Of a stretch of 64,000 bases of DNA, positions 12,933 to 26,819 are shown one piece after another (position 1 is the stretch's first letter; each line of letters starts with the position of its first letter). The stretch covers positions 13,206,001-13,270,000 of the forward strand of contig JBHGNT010000008.1 in assembly GCA_043228905.1 (NCBI GenBank), given 5' to 3'. A model generated the notes under the pieces. That model did not search any database. It saw only the letters and a list, made by a program, of their open reading frames with translations, and was not told the DNA's origin. A program made the position numbers and the translations under genes. The stretch is from Azolla caroliniana (lineage: Eukaryota; Plantae; Polypodiophyta).

Positions 12933-13867
12933 CAGTAGACATTCGGTTAAGTGTGTGCCCACTTAAGTGCACCATTCTATTAAGTGCGCATTTTTTTATA
13001 GAGGTCAAAATCCAGATCAAAATATTTACATTGTTTCATGACGAAATTATATTAAACCAAATTGAAACTATGTTCCAAACATTCAGAAACAACAAAAGGA
13101 GTTTCTGTGTGTATGTGTATGTGTATGTGTGTGTCGTGTGTTCTACGTGTGTATGTGTTTACGATTACGAGTCTGTGATTTTGATTCTTGATTAAAGAAC
13201 ATAAGAAAAGGAGGGCAAACAATTCTTGATGATTGTGAATAGTCAAGTTTTTGCAACGATCGGCCGTGAACACGAGCTCTCCTTCTCTATGCGCAACAAA
13301 ACTTCTGTCTATTATCCTTCTCTTTTTGTGTGTGCCTAGGCCACGTGCGTGCATGCTCTTTTCCCGCATGAAGAAAGCCTCTCTCCCTCCCTCTCTCTTT
13401 CTTGTGCATCTTGTTTATTCTCAACGATGATAGAAGTTGCAGCCTATGATTTGTCCATTGCTCCCCCACTCTCTTTTCCTGTCTTCTCCATGTGCACTTC
13501 GATTCCTCAAACCTGCCACCACTAGGAAGAGAACACAAGAAAAAACTCATTGCATCCAAGGAAGTTCATTAGTTTTGTTGCATAATGGATGTATTCCTCA
13601 GAAATAGCAAAAAGGCGAAAAGTAAAGGTAATCTAGAATCGAGAAAGAAACTGAAGAGTATGTATGTTGAAACCAAAAACGTTTCAGGTCAATTATATCA
13701 CGTAAATTGATCACTTTTCTTATCAAGAATTGTATGATTAGAGCACATAAGGAAAATATTTCGAAAAAACCTAAAAATTTCCAAAAAACCCTAAAATGCT
13801 TTAGAAAACCCCTAAGTGTGCACATCTTCCTTGTGTTCAAAGTGCACACTTAACCGAATGTCTATTG
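12933..13867. mobile_element. Non-autonomous Tc1/mariner (pogo-like) DNA transposon or MITE, 935 bp
   Basis: 23-bp TIRs CAGTAGACATTCGGTTAAGTGTG and CAATAGACATTCGGTTAAGTGTG (one mismatch), TA on both flanks, subterminal TAAGTG repeats. It splits the old Copia 5' LTR. Confidence 0.88.
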
Positions 13868-14387
13868 TATACTTTCAACTTTCAGCCTTTCGGCCCTTTC
13901 TCGACCTTTCGACCCTCTTGTCAACGTCCAAGTATCACTTGGATTTCTTCCACGAGGAGGGAAAACACAACATTCATGCGCGATGGATGTCCTAAGAGGG
14001 GTGATGCAAACTATCTAATCCATTTAGCTTGCATTTGAAGTAACAATCTAACATGTTTTTAACTTGATTTTATGTACTTCAAAGAATTTTTAACCTTGGA
14101 TGGCAATAAGTTGTGTTCCTTGAATTCCAACACTAGGTAAACATTCAAGTGCCACCATTTTTAGATTTATTCCATTGCTCCACAAAAGGGTGAATTGCAG
14201 CTAGTATGAACTCAAATAGGAGAAGTTACAAGATCATCAAGATTGAGGCATATACATATATATGGTGGTAAAAAAGGGGCAAATAGATATTCGTCGTTTA
14301 TAAAAGGATTCATAGCTATCCATTGGTTATAGTGCTACAATTAATGTTTTCGATAATAGTTGGATTAATCATGATGATAACTAATAG

Positions 14388-14885
14388 CATAGATTGTCAT
14401 ATGCGTGATATTTACAATATTCGAGAATACGAAATGACCCTAAGAATATTATAAAGCCATTCGTTTTGCAAAATAAATATACAAAAAATTAATTAATTAA
14501 TTAAAAATAAATAAACAAATTTAATTACTAAAACAAGAACAATTATTCATTAATAGATTATAAATAAAAATATCCATAAATTTTGGAAGAAGAAAAAGTG
14601 AAGAATTAATGAACCTTTATTTTATTTTATTTATTTATTAAATATAAAATGAATACTTTTATATTTATTAGTGTCAACTCCCTCTTTTATTGTTCCCTTT
14701 TTATTGTCTAAGTCCCTTTTTCTATATCCTAGAAAACAAAAAAGGAGGGAATTCATGTACTCTTTTTAAGGAGGGAGTTCATGTACTCTATTTTTTTGTT
14801 AAACGAATACTTTATCAAGCATTCGTATACGTATTCGTTTGCATTCGAATGGGAAACCCCACGAATGCGAATATGTCAATCTATG
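14388..14885. mobile_element. hAT-type MITE, 498 bp
   Basis: TIRs CATAGATTGTCATATGCG and CATAGATTGACATATTCG (16/18). 8-bp TSD ACTAATAG / ACTAACAG. Many subterminal ATTCG/CGAAT motifs and an AT-rich core. Confidence 0.8.
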
Positions 14886-17141
14886 ACTAACAGTAATGGA
14901 TGCTTTGCTATTAGATTGAATCTTGAACATGAGTTGGATTAATGATGAAAACTATAGTATGTTGGTAGTGACTTGGAGTTCAAGCAAGAGTTTTGTGAGT
15001 GGCCTTGTCCTTGCACTAATAGAGTAGCAAACATTTGTTCCAACTTTGAAGGCACATGAAAACAAAATAGGTTGTATAATTAAAGAGCCCAATGATACAT
15101 ATGATGTTGATATTGTAATGAATAAATGAAATAGCACATCGCAAATTTGGAGACAAGTAATCTTGTTTGGATGTAATAATGAGTTGTTCTAGTGGAAACA
15201 CCTTAATTTGGCCTCCTTATTGAGTGTGCGTGCAAGTGGAGTGAAGAAGGAAAGGTATACTAACATCTTTTAAGACATCAAATGGCCCATATGATCTAAC
15301 ACGAGATTATGGGTCTCGACTTTGAGAACAACAAACCAAAATAAATCTAGCTAAAGAATGTAGGTAGTTAATCATGTAAGATTATAGATTTTGATAGGTT
15401 GAAACATTTACCTTCAACAAATCACCAATAGTAAACACTATGACACAAGGGGCAATTAAGGTTAGCGCTATTCGTAATGCTAGGGGTCGCTTGCAATTTT
15501 TGATATCTTTTTTAGAAGTTTAAAATTTGAAATAAACCCCAAACTTAGTGTCGTATTTTAAAATTTTTTTTTGAAATAAACTATTATAAGAAAACAAGGC
15601 CCTCAAAATCCCCCTTTTCTTATTCTTCTCATATGGCAATGGTATTTTTTGTTTCTCCGAATCTCTCTCTCATGCAAATTAGGGTTTATAAACATAAAAA
15701 ATAACATAGAACATATATTAGACATACACACATACATAGATAAATACATCTAAATATTCATACATTTTTTCGAAGCTTAGTGTTGTTTTTTAACCGCCAC
15801 AAAATTCATGACGCTAAATGCAACAATTAGTGAGACATTGAAGCGTTAGGCATAATGTCATTTCTTAGGGCAGTTTGAAGTGTAGTATTACTTGTATTAT
15901 ATTAGGGTTGCCAGTAAATTAGCCACGTTGCTACTTGCATTTGCCCACCGAATTCTCCCACTAGACGAAGATGTTAGTTCACATGTCTGCATCTTTGATA
16001 ACCTGACTTTTGGTGTTGGGGAAATCTCTTATTGGGGAGTATGTTCACATGTTTGATGATTGCATGAAAGGGTTCCTCTATAGCAGCATATTGATTAGAT
16101 GATGGGAGTTTGTTATATAAGAAATCTTAGATAGAATGGTAAGGCAAGCATGTTGGCAATTGCACACAAATGTGTGAGTTTCCATGGAGTTCCCTTTTGT
16201 TTTCCTTGTTATCCCATGGGGAACCCCACAAGGCATTTTTCTTATAAAAACAAGGTATTCATCTTATCTTTCATGTGCTAAATGAGGATGGACATAATTT
16301 GGGTCCACATCACGAATACATATAGTCAAGAATATTTGATAAATTACTTCCATTTACTCATGTGCCACCATTAGAGGAATCACATAGGTATTAACTAATG
16401 AATAATAGCATAAGTGTTTGTTTGATACATTATGAGCTCATAACATTTAGATAATATTACTCCCATATCCTTAGATTCGAGAGCACGGGAATGCTCTTTA
16501 GCATATCCCAAAACTAGAAAAGAGTTAGACAGCTAGACCTCGTATGCTTTGGTGTCGTGACATTGTCACGAAGTTGTGCGTGTGCATGTGAAATTTGAGC
16601 AACACCACCGGGGACTTGAATCAGAGAGGATGGTTGACTCGGGTCTTCTAAGTTCAGTGTTTGAGGATGTCGATGTCCTAGATTTTTTTTGTAGAAGTCG
16701 AATTTTACTTGTGGGATCATATAAACTCCATGTGAGTGTTTTACATGTATGTTGAGTTAAGTGTCCATAGGTGGTATCTATCAATGAGAGAGGTAGGTAT
16801 TTAATTATTATTATTTTATTTGATTTATTTACTTTTATCGTATTACCATTATTATTATTATTATTAATATTAATAAATTACTATTATGGTTATTTTATTT
16901 AGCAATATTTTACTTATCTATTATTTATTCGATATTCATTTTTGCTCATTTCATTCATTCTTTATTTCTTTATTTATTTTACTATTTTATTTAATAATAA
17001 CAATAATAATATTATTATAGTTATTTTATTGATTTATTATCGATATTTTATTTATCCATTACGTTTTTATTTGCTTATTTTTCTTCATTTCTTTATTTAA
17101 TAATTTTCTTTTACATATTATCACTATTGTTATATTATTTA

Positions 17142-20100
17142 TGTAAAAAGTAACGTGCGGAAGCAAGTATGAAGACCAAACAGAAGGAAGAAAACTCAGG
17201 TTTAATGGAGAGCTTGAGCTTACGCAGTTTACGCGGGAGAGACAGAGAGAGTGAGAGAGGAAAACACAAGAAGTATATTCAAAAAATTACACAATCTCTA
17301 TTCACCACACTCTATACATGTGTGTGTTCAATGAACACTTTTATACAAGTCCTAGAAGGACTGACCGAAGTACTGACACTACTTCAATGCTCATTAAGAG
17401 CTCCTACACTAACTCCCAAATATATTCCTTACGGAATATCTTTCCTAGCGGCCTCCCGGTTTACGCACCGATCCGACCCTACCTACTCACCGGTCTGCGT
17501 ACCGGTTTACGCATTCGGCCTAACCGATCGGTCCCAACCGATCCGGTCCTCGGCTTCTTCAGCTGATCCGGTCGATGTTGAGCTTGTCTCTCAACACTCC
17601 CCCTCAAGCTCAACTTGAGGCTCTTCGGGATATTCGGGCTCACAACTCCGGTTCCTCCTGGCTTCACGCCTCGCTCGCGCTCCTCGACCTGTTCGACTCC
17701 GCGCGCTTCGACCCTTCCGGTCGGCTTGTCTGCTCATGTGGCCCTTATCAGCTCTTCTGTTGTTGTGGTGTTGACGCTTCTCTTGCTGCCTTTTCTTTCG
17801 CTTGGGCCTCGGTTGATTCAGCGTATCTGAATCAAACATCCGAACCGACTCGGCTACCTCCGATCAGTTTTCGCTCTCGTCCGAGTTGGCTGTCTCCAAC
17901 TTGTCTTTGGTCTTCTCGCCCTCGATGGCGTTATCTTCCCCATGCGTGGTTGGCTTCGGCTCTCTCCTTCGGCTGCTCGCCTTCTGTCCGCTTCCGGACT
18001 TTTCCGCGGGTCCGCCCTCGGCTTCTTCAGCTGATCCGTCGGAACGCCTTGCTTGGTCGTTCGGGACTGTTCTCCCGCTCAAGTTTGGCACGTCGAGGTC
18101 ACGCAATCCGAGCGCACCTGAGAATTGCCGCAACTTGTCCAAACCAAGCGGCTTGGTGAAGATGTCGGCAGTCTGCCGATCCGTCGGAACGTACTGAAGT
18201 TCGACGTCACCGGAAAGGACACGCTCACGGACGAAATGGTAGTGCACCTCAATGTGCTTGGTCCGTGCATGGAAAATGGGGTTTTTCGCGAGCTGGATGC
18301 TGCTGAGGTTGTCGCATTAGATCATCGTCGGATCTGACACCTCCTCTTGCAGGTCCCTAAGTAGCCGCTTCAACCATATGGCTTCGCATGTCGCGACAAC
18401 CGCTCCTTGGTACTCAGCTTCGGTGCTCGACAGTGCAACTGTCGGCTGCTTCTTACTGCTCCACGCGATCGCGGCACTCCCGAGGGAGAACGCGTATCCG
18501 GATGTGGATCGGCGATCGGCGGCGTTGCCAGCCCAATCAACATCGGTGTAGCCGACTAACTGCACGGCTGCACCGGTTCGATATAGCAGTCCGCGGTCCT
18601 TAGTGCCGTTGACATACCGAAGTATGCGTTGCGCACACTGAAGGTGCTCCTCGGTGGGTCGCGCCATGAACTGACTGATCACTCCGACCGGATAACTGAG
18701 GTCGGGTCGGGTGATGGTCAAGTATATGAGGCTTCTGACAATTTGTTGGAACCTCGTCGGGTCGCATACCTTTCCCGTATCGGGACGAAGCTTGACGGTT
18801 CTGTCCAGAGGAGTCGAGACGGACTTACAGTCGGCCATCCCGAATTTGAAGAGCATACTCAGCATGTAATGACGTTGGCTGATCAATATGCCTTCGGGGG
18901 TACGGATCACTTCGATCCCGAGGAAGTAATGAAGGTCCCCCAGATCCTTCATGTTGAACGATACCGCAAGCTGTAGCTTCACGCGGTCGATTTCACCTAG
19001 GTCGGCGCCGGTGATGACCAAGTCATCAACACATAGTAAAATACTAACCGATCCGAGTCGACCTTTTCGGATGAACAGGGAAGAGTCCGATTTTGACGTG
19101 ACGAAGCGCATCCGACGCAGTTGTTGCGTGATCTTCGCGTTCCAGGCACGCGGGGCTTGCTTCAGGCCGTAAAGGGACTTCTTCAGTCGGCATACTACCG
19201 AGGAGTTCGTTCTGGAGGGAAATCCAGGGGGCTGTACCATGTACACCTGTTCCTCAAGGTCACCTTGCAGGAACACATTCTTTACATCCATCTGATGTAA
19301 GTGTCACCCCTTCACCACAGCTACTGCGGGCAAAACATGGACGGTCGTCATTTTCGCGACCGGCGCGTAGCCCTTTGCCACTAGCCGAGTCTTGTACCGG
19401 TTGACCGAGCCATCAGTGTTGTACTTGACCTTGTACACCCACCTACACCCGATCGGTTTTACCCCTGTTGGTGCGTCAACCAGGTCCCAAGTCTCGTTCT
19501 CCGCCAATGCGTGCATCTCTTCCTCCATCGCGGCACGCCAATTCGCGTCTTTAGCCGTTTCTGCGTAGCTCTCCAGCTCACGCACTTCCGCTACACGGGT
19601 CATGTACGCATAATGATGCGCCATGTACTCGTTGTATCCGAACCGCAAAACAAGATTCTTCTGGCGGGTAGATCGGCATAATCTCACATTAGCCGATGTC
19701 GAGGGCTTCTCGGTCGACACGGACTTCATCTTTAAAGACCCGTCACCGGTTCCCTCGGAGTCGGACTCGCGTCGGTCTGACTCGTTCCTATCCGTGCCGG
19801 AATCCGACACCTTCTTCTTCCCTTTCTCTTTGCGCGTAAGCCGTCTCCTCGGCTTCCTGCGCGGGGAATGCACGGCCGAGTCTCCACTACTCGCCGGCTC
19901 TTCACCGGATTGATCGTACCGACTCAGTCGTCCAATCGGTCCACTTAAACGGAGTGAAGTCGGACTCTCTTCGCGGGTCTCGATTTCGGGCTCATCCGGA
20001 GGCATCTCGGCCTCGCTGACATCATCGTCAGAACTCAGATTGGAGTCGGGGTTCGGAATCGGGGGCTGGTACCAGGACGCGGACTCGTCAAACACAACGT

Positions 20101-22857
20101 CGCGGCTAACACGCGCTTGTTTGGTGCGAGGGTTATAGCACTTATAACCCTTCTGCTCGTCCGAGTAACCGACCAAGATGCATTTCTCGGCCTTTGCGTC
20201 CAGCTTCCTCCTTTTCTCCTTCGGTACATGCACATACGCAATGCTACCGAACACCCTCAAGTGTCGCAAGTTCGGCTTTGTTCCGAAATATAGATCGTGC
20301 GCCGACACTTTGTCTCCGATCCGGTTCTGGATGTATACCGTGGTCCTTACCGCCTCGGCCCAGTAGAACTTGGGCAAGCTCTTCTCCTCCAGAATTTCTC
20401 GTGCCGCTTCCACAACTGACCGATTCTTCCTCTCGGCCACGCCGTTCTGCTCCGGCGTGTATCTACAACTGAATTCGCGCCGAATTCCCATTTGTTGTAG
20501 ATAACCGTTGAATTGACCAGAAAAGTACTCTTTCCCGCCATCCGACTGCAGGCACTTGATCTTTCATCCCGTTTCCGTTTCCACGAACCCTTTGAGGTCC
20601 CGGAAACAGTCGAAGACTTCGCTCTTCCTCTCAATGAGATAGATCCACGTGTGCCGCGTGTGGTCGTCGATGAAGGAGACGAAATATCGGCTCCCGCCAA
20701 GACTAATGTTTTGTGCCGGCCCCCATACATCGGAGTGTATAAGGTCGAGCTTGTTCCGGCTCCGGTTTCGCTCGTTGGGGAAAGGAAGTCGGTGTTGCTT
20801 CCCGAGCTGGCAGGCTTCACAAATTTTTGCCTTTTGGCCACTAAATTTGGGCAATCCGAACACTACCTGTTTCGATTGCAGATCTTGAAGCCGCTGGTAG
20901 TTGACGTGGCCTATCCGCTTGTGCCACAAGTCGATGTCCGACCCGGATTTTTGTCCCTTTGCGAACATTGCGGTGCCGCCGTCAGTGGAATCGAGGATGA
21001 ACATGCTCCCGTCTCTGCGCCCTTGCGCAATCACACGACCTTCTTCCTCAATGAAGCACCCGAGGTGTGTAAACCGAACCTCCATCCCTTGGTCGACGAT
21101 TTGTCCGACCAAGACCAAGTTCTTCGTGATTTTCAGAACGTGCAGCATGTTCATGAGTTTCCGTTTCTGCCCGACATGGCTAAGGGGAACTTCTCCGACA
21201 TTCGCGATCGGATGCAGAGTGTCGTCTCCAAATGCAACTACTCTTGGTTGTATCGGTTTTTCAAGGTACGAGAACCACTCCTTATGGCTCGTCATGTGGT
21301 TTGACGTGCCGGAGTCTACGTACCACACCTCGTCCGATCTCGGGGTGGTCCGTTTCATTGAGTTTGCTTCGTGTCTCGTCACGAAGGGAGACCCTTCTCC
21401 GGCTCTGTCGGAGTCTTCGGCGTAGTGCGATCACTACCGATTTCCCTTGTCGGTATGTCCGGAGCCGTTTCCGGAACCGGTTCTCTCCGAATCAGCGCGC
21501 TTCTTCTAGCACTCACTTTCCCTGTGGTCTTTCTTGCCATAGTACCCGCACTCTGCGATGACCTTCCCTTACCGGTTCTCATCGCTTCGACTCCCCCTGT
21601 TTCCGGAGGGTCCGGAATTGCTGTCGGCATCACTTCGGTGCCTTCTTCCTTGATCTCGTTGGCCGCCTCCATTGCACGCCGACTCGCCTTGTCCTCCACG
21701 TCCACGGGGCCTATCTCCCTCCGTGTACAACATTCTGCTGTCGGTGTGCGTGCTTGTAGACACATCCGCGTGGTTCTCCTCTACCAGGAGCATTGACTGT
21801 AAGTCAAAAAAGGACGGCGTATTCTCCAGGGTACACACAGCCGTTCGGAACGCTCTGAACTTCGACGCCAAACCTCCAAGACAGATCTGGACCATCTCGC
21901 TCTCTTCGATGTTCACCTCTATGGAGGCGAGGGAGTCGCAGATATCCTTGATCTTCGAGGTATAGTCCGCCACCGACAAGTCGCGTTGTCGTAGGTTGCT
22001 CAACTCCTGTCGGAGCTGAAGCTTCCTGGTTGTGGTGCTCGCGGCGAAAATCTTCTTCAGATTTTCCCATGCACCCTTCGGTGTCTTTGCATCCCGAACA
22101 TAGCTCAATAGTTGTTCGCCCACACACGACGCGAAGCAGTATAATACCCTGCTCGCCGATTGCTCCCACGACGGGAAGTCTCTGTGTGTCGATTCGGGTG
22201 CCGCGTCCTTAGCTCCTTCGACATAACTTCAGTAGTCGTGCCCGAGCAGGTACTGGTGCATCTTGTAGGACCAAGACGCGTAGTTGGTTCTGTCGAGCTT
22301 CTCTGTTGGAAGCGAGCTCGCCATGCCTCTATCCATCGTTCTTCTTGTTCTTCTTCGTCAAGCTGTGTCGGCTGCAGAGAGGTTCTCAACCCTCGCGCTC
22401 TGATACCATGTAAAAAGTAACGTGCGGAAGCAAGTATGAGGACCGAACAGAAGGAAGAAAACTCAGGTTTAATGGAGAGCTTGAGCTTACACAGTTTATG
22501 CGGGAGAGACAGAGAGAGTGAGAGAGGAAAACACAAGTATATTCAAAAAATTACACAATCTCTATTCACCACACTCTATACATGTGTGTGTTCAATGAAC
22601 ACTTTTATACAAGTCCTGGAAGGACTGACCGAAGTACTGACACTACTTCAATGCTCATTAAGAGCTCCTACACTAACTCCCAAATATATTCCTTATGGAA
22701 TATCTTTCCTAGACTCCCGGTTTATGCACCGATCCGGCCCTACCTACGCACCGGTCTGCGTACCGGTTTACGCATTCGGCCTAACCAATCGGTCCCAACC
22801 GATCCGGTCCTCGGCTTCTTCAGCCGATCCGGCCGATGTTGAGCTTGTCTCTCAACA
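17142..22857 (-). mobile_element. Full-length degenerate Ty1/Copia of a second lineage
   Basis: LTRs at 17142-17596 and 22409-22857 differ by about 13 substitutions and two 3-bp indels (by eye). TSD ATTTA. tRNAiMet PBS at 22397-22408 abuts the LTR; PPT at 17597-17604. Confidence 0.95.
17864..22336 (-). pseudogene. Frameshifted Copia gag-pol
   Basis: Pieces MDRGMASSLPTEKLDRTNYASW, WYVDSGTSNH, LIHSDVWGP, NGVAERKNR, LCVDDL (degenerate YVDD) and HYHFVRE lie in different frames. Confidence 0.92.
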
Positions 22858-25800
22858 ATTTATTTATAATTATTGAGTGTCGGGTGTGTGACGACAACAT
22901 TAAGCACGACATTCGCGCGGACTGTGATCGGTAGCAGGTGACAACAATTGGTGGTTGTGGCAACAACTACGTTCGAGTCAAGTGTTCAACGTTCGAGTCA
23001 ATGCACGGTCAAAGGGGGCCTTTGACTAGAGTTAGACGCTCCCCTTTTTCTTATATTTACGAATATGACCTCGTGGGGGGACATTCAAGATATTTATTAT
23101 TATTATTTTTTTGGGCCCTATCCTCAAGCACTGTTTCGCAAATAGAACATTGGCTTTGATTGGTGTGGGGGGTTCCACTCTTGCTGTCTGAAAGTTTTAT
23201 GGGAGTGCACAATTGCTCGCTTAGTGGTTACAATCTAGATCCAAAACATCCCTCACGAACCTCGAGGTGAAGTTTTCACATTGACGAGATGGATCTTCCA
23301 GTAAGATGGTTCGGCGATTCGCTACATGTCGATTTTATCAAATTTCATAACTTTGCCTTCCGAGCTCAAAATTCCAAACCGAAAAGGCCAACACACTCCT
23401 CGTTTGACTTTGAAACTTAAACAAGGATGTGCAAATATATATTATATCAAAATTCTGTAAATAGCAAGTTCATGAAATGGTGTAAAGAACAATGAGAGGG
23501 TGCATAAGAGGCCTATGATAACAAAAGGCAATGTGGCAATCGATTGTTGACTCATTATTCCAAAACTCAAGTATCTCCTCCCGACATTCTTTTCATTTCT
23601 TGATATCTCATCATCTTACTGTTCCAAACCATATACTAGCTAGTCCATGAAATGAAGTTAAGGGTTTTGCCTCAATTGTATCTTATGATAAGTTTTATGG
23701 GATTATTACGAATTATTATAAATCTATTTACTTGATTTTTTTAAATTTGGGGAAGATTTTCATTAGATCATATTGGATTTGTGGACAAGTGAGGATTGCC
23801 ACAACTATTCCATATCAAGAATTAAATCACCTAGCGTTGATCAACGCGTATGTAAAATTAGGAGGCATGGCTCAATTATGTACACTTGGTTGGTCATTGT
23901 GTAATGTCGAGAAAATTTCATGAAAATTTGACTCTTCAATCCGACTTTGTGAGAAAAAGTTACAAGAGAAAAAGTTTAGTGGTTGGTGGGAGTTGAACAT
24001 GTGACATCAAGTCTCAAGGAAACTAATGGCCAATCAACCAGGTGGCTAGCATTCACGCTTTTGAGAACAAGAGAATTGAGGAATATGTAAATTGTGTTGA
24101 AGAGTTAAAAGTGGAGCAACATTCGAGTTGTGTGATGAACACATGAGAGCGTGCAATAGTCGAACCCAACGATCGACTCAACTATGATGCGGAACAAAGA
24201 GGACACACATGAAGAGCCTCTAATCCAAGAAACATGGGAACTCAACTCTTAAGGGTTGAGTACTTGAGTTGTGTGTTGAATGCACAAGTCCCAATCCTTG
24301 AAGGCTAGAGCTTGGAATTAGAGCCTTTGGACTCACAAACAAGGGGTCCACTCAATGGGCTAACTTGACCATATGGTGGACCCGTGCAAAGCCCTTGGTT
24401 CCCAACCCTCGAGCACACTCTAATACAACCTACGAAATGCACTCAATCCTGCACTCAAGAGTGGAGAGTCTTAGACTTAGGCTTCCAATTAATACATGAA
24501 CACACACAAATATACATCGACACTCATATACGTACGCACACACACAACTAAACTTATGTTTACACATGCATACACAAAGAAACATATACACATAGCTCTA
24601 TATATTAATATGGAGATCCATATACATACAAATACATAATATAGGCATATATATATATATATACATATATATCAATAAACCCAAGATGCTCATGATACAT
24701 ACATATCCAACCTCATCCCATACTCCATTACACTACGATACAATGTACCTCAACTAAATTACATATAAGATACCCATGTACATTAATATATGTACCGAAA
24801 TCCATGCTCATTCCCTTTCACATTAATATTGCTAAACTGACATACTACAAAGACATTGAAGCAAGGAGTTAGTACATACATGATTGAACATCCCAAGAGA
24901 GCCGACTTTGCCATCACAACAGTTTTCCCTAGTTTAGGTGCTTCGTGGTTTGACACACATTTGTCATGCTTGTGTAGAACATCACAACATTGGAAATCAA
25001 GTTTACCACTTTAACGAAAGGGTATCCTTTTGGTTATGCTTATTGTGTGTACTTTTGGGTTGGCAATTACGAAAAGAAAAATTAGTCATTCTCTTTATTT
25101 GCAATGGCATAGAGGATTGGAAATTGCACCACCTAATTTGGTGTGAACTTTCCATAAACAAGAACTTCTATAAACTTAAAGATAATATTCAACACGGGTT
25201 TCCAAACACGCTTGGAAGATTGTTTTGGTTGTTTGACCGCCTCCTTCATTAGTTGAAGGAAGATGATAACTTCTTTTGTTGGCTTAAATTTGGGTCACTT
25301 TGAGCTATTGGTGTAATTTAACCTAAAATTGTGTCATATTTGGGCTCGATCCCTTTATCTCTTGATCTATCTCTTTAAGTCGTATGTCAAACAATGTCAA
25401 GGTGAAAGTGTTTACCTCACATCAATATTTCCCACTAGCAATATAGACATTTGACTTCTTAGCTTGAAGAGGGTATCAAATTTTATTCGTTTGACTTTTT
25501 TTGCCGGCCATGCCTATATTGTAACCCTACCTACCCTACCCTATTATTAGCGTAACATATACATTACGTATATGCATATTTTAACATTGTTGTTACTTAA
25601 TTGTCAAGCAATTGACTTTTCATGCCATTCCTTGCCTGCCTTTCCTTGCTTGAATGTTCTTGTTATAAGGTTGGTTGACTTAATAGAAACAGTGACAAAC
25701 TCATTTACATACTGATACAACTATAGGTTTTATATACTGGTGTAATTTCTATACAACACTTGTCCTCAAGTGTACGATGACTACGTTACGATATATCTCA

Positions 25801-26573
25801 AAATTGTTGAATGCATGGAGGTTGAGACTTCTTAACATACAGACAAGGGAGGGAGGATGTTGAACCCATTCCAAAGCCTAACTTCTAGTTTGAGCTGTTC
25901 CATTGTGTATCTTGTTGGATACACTGGGGTGCACATGCACACACACACACACACACACACACACTCAGTCACTCACTATATCAAGTACCTTGCATCAATA
26001 TGTCATCTAAATTGCACAACATAGTTAATTAGATTGTAAGACTATATATGTACTTATTGGTTGTGTTTTTACACATTCAAACGTTAAAACTAATAACGAG
26101 AAGAAGAACACACACACAAGAAGACAAACAAATTTGAGGACCCGGGAAAATAAGTTTCCAAGTTTGGTGGGCGGGACATAAAAAAAAATTAAAGCTATTA
26201 TACATATTAGCAATTTAATTTACAAGAAGAAGGGTTTCTTGATCATTCATAAATCAATAGGCATCCTGAAAAGATCCGTTTCGATCGATTATATTTGTTA
26301 TCTGCAACTCACCGCACAAACATAATCTGTGTGAGCAACCGTGTCGTCATCAACGCCTGATGACGGAGACAGAGACAGAGACAGAGACGGTGACGGTGAC
26401 GGTGACGGTGACGGTGATGGTGACGGTGAAACTAACAAACGCCTTACGCGTGTCTGATGGACAGAGAAAAGTAACAATTAACGCTTCATTTAGATAAGTT
26501 CGAAGTATAATCTATATAAATTTGTGTGTATAATATATCTATATATATGTTATGAAGGATTCTTAGTTTTCAG

Positions 26574-26819
26574 CTAAATGGATGAACTCACCCCTTCCTT
26601 CATATGATGGTCACTAATCCTCATCGTTAATGCCGCCATTACAGTGCCTGCGTCCACTCTTAGGAGATACTCCTTTGCCATTGATGCATCCTTCAGTATT
26701 CTTCCATACTTCGGTTCTGATGATATGGACTCGGAAATTTGACCTGAAGATGATAAGATCACCACCACCACCACCATCACCATCACCACTGTCACTCCTA
26801 CAAAGCGCTCGATTGACAT
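26574..26819 (-). CDS. Candidate small secreted-peptide precursor, 81 aa
   Basis: AAAATG start context, hydrophobic N-terminus (MSIERFVGVTVVMVMVVVVVILSSSG), A-rich leader and upstream (TA)n. No recognised family; the hydrophobic run overlaps a microsatellite. Confidence 0.35.
   Translation of the reverse strand: MSIERFVGVTVVMVMVVVVVILSSSGQISESISSEPKYGRILKDASMAKEYLLRVDAGTVMAALTMRISDHHMKEGVSSSI

Larger units (their letters stand above)
5404..13972 (-). mobile_element. Old, internally deleted Ty1/Copia hosting a younger Copia and a MITE
   Basis: TG...CA ends with TSD TTCAT (5399-5403 and 13973-13977). 3' LTR 5404-5939 is next to the PPT (aactccccctt on +). Degenerate RT/RNase H at 5950-6607 and 11952-12780. 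Truncated 5' LTR ~12789-13972 matches 5710-5939. gag and integrase are absent. Confidence 0.85.

Noticed and set aside
15437-15888. Possible CACTA-type MITE (cactatga...tgtagta)
   Set aside because: The TIR match is too weak and no TSD could be established.
16557-24900. Possible old LTR-like sequence flanking the 17142 Copia
   Set aside because: No paired ends, TSD or coding remnant could be fixed.
24938-25252. Possible LINE 3' remnant
   Set aside because: Too degenerate to support.
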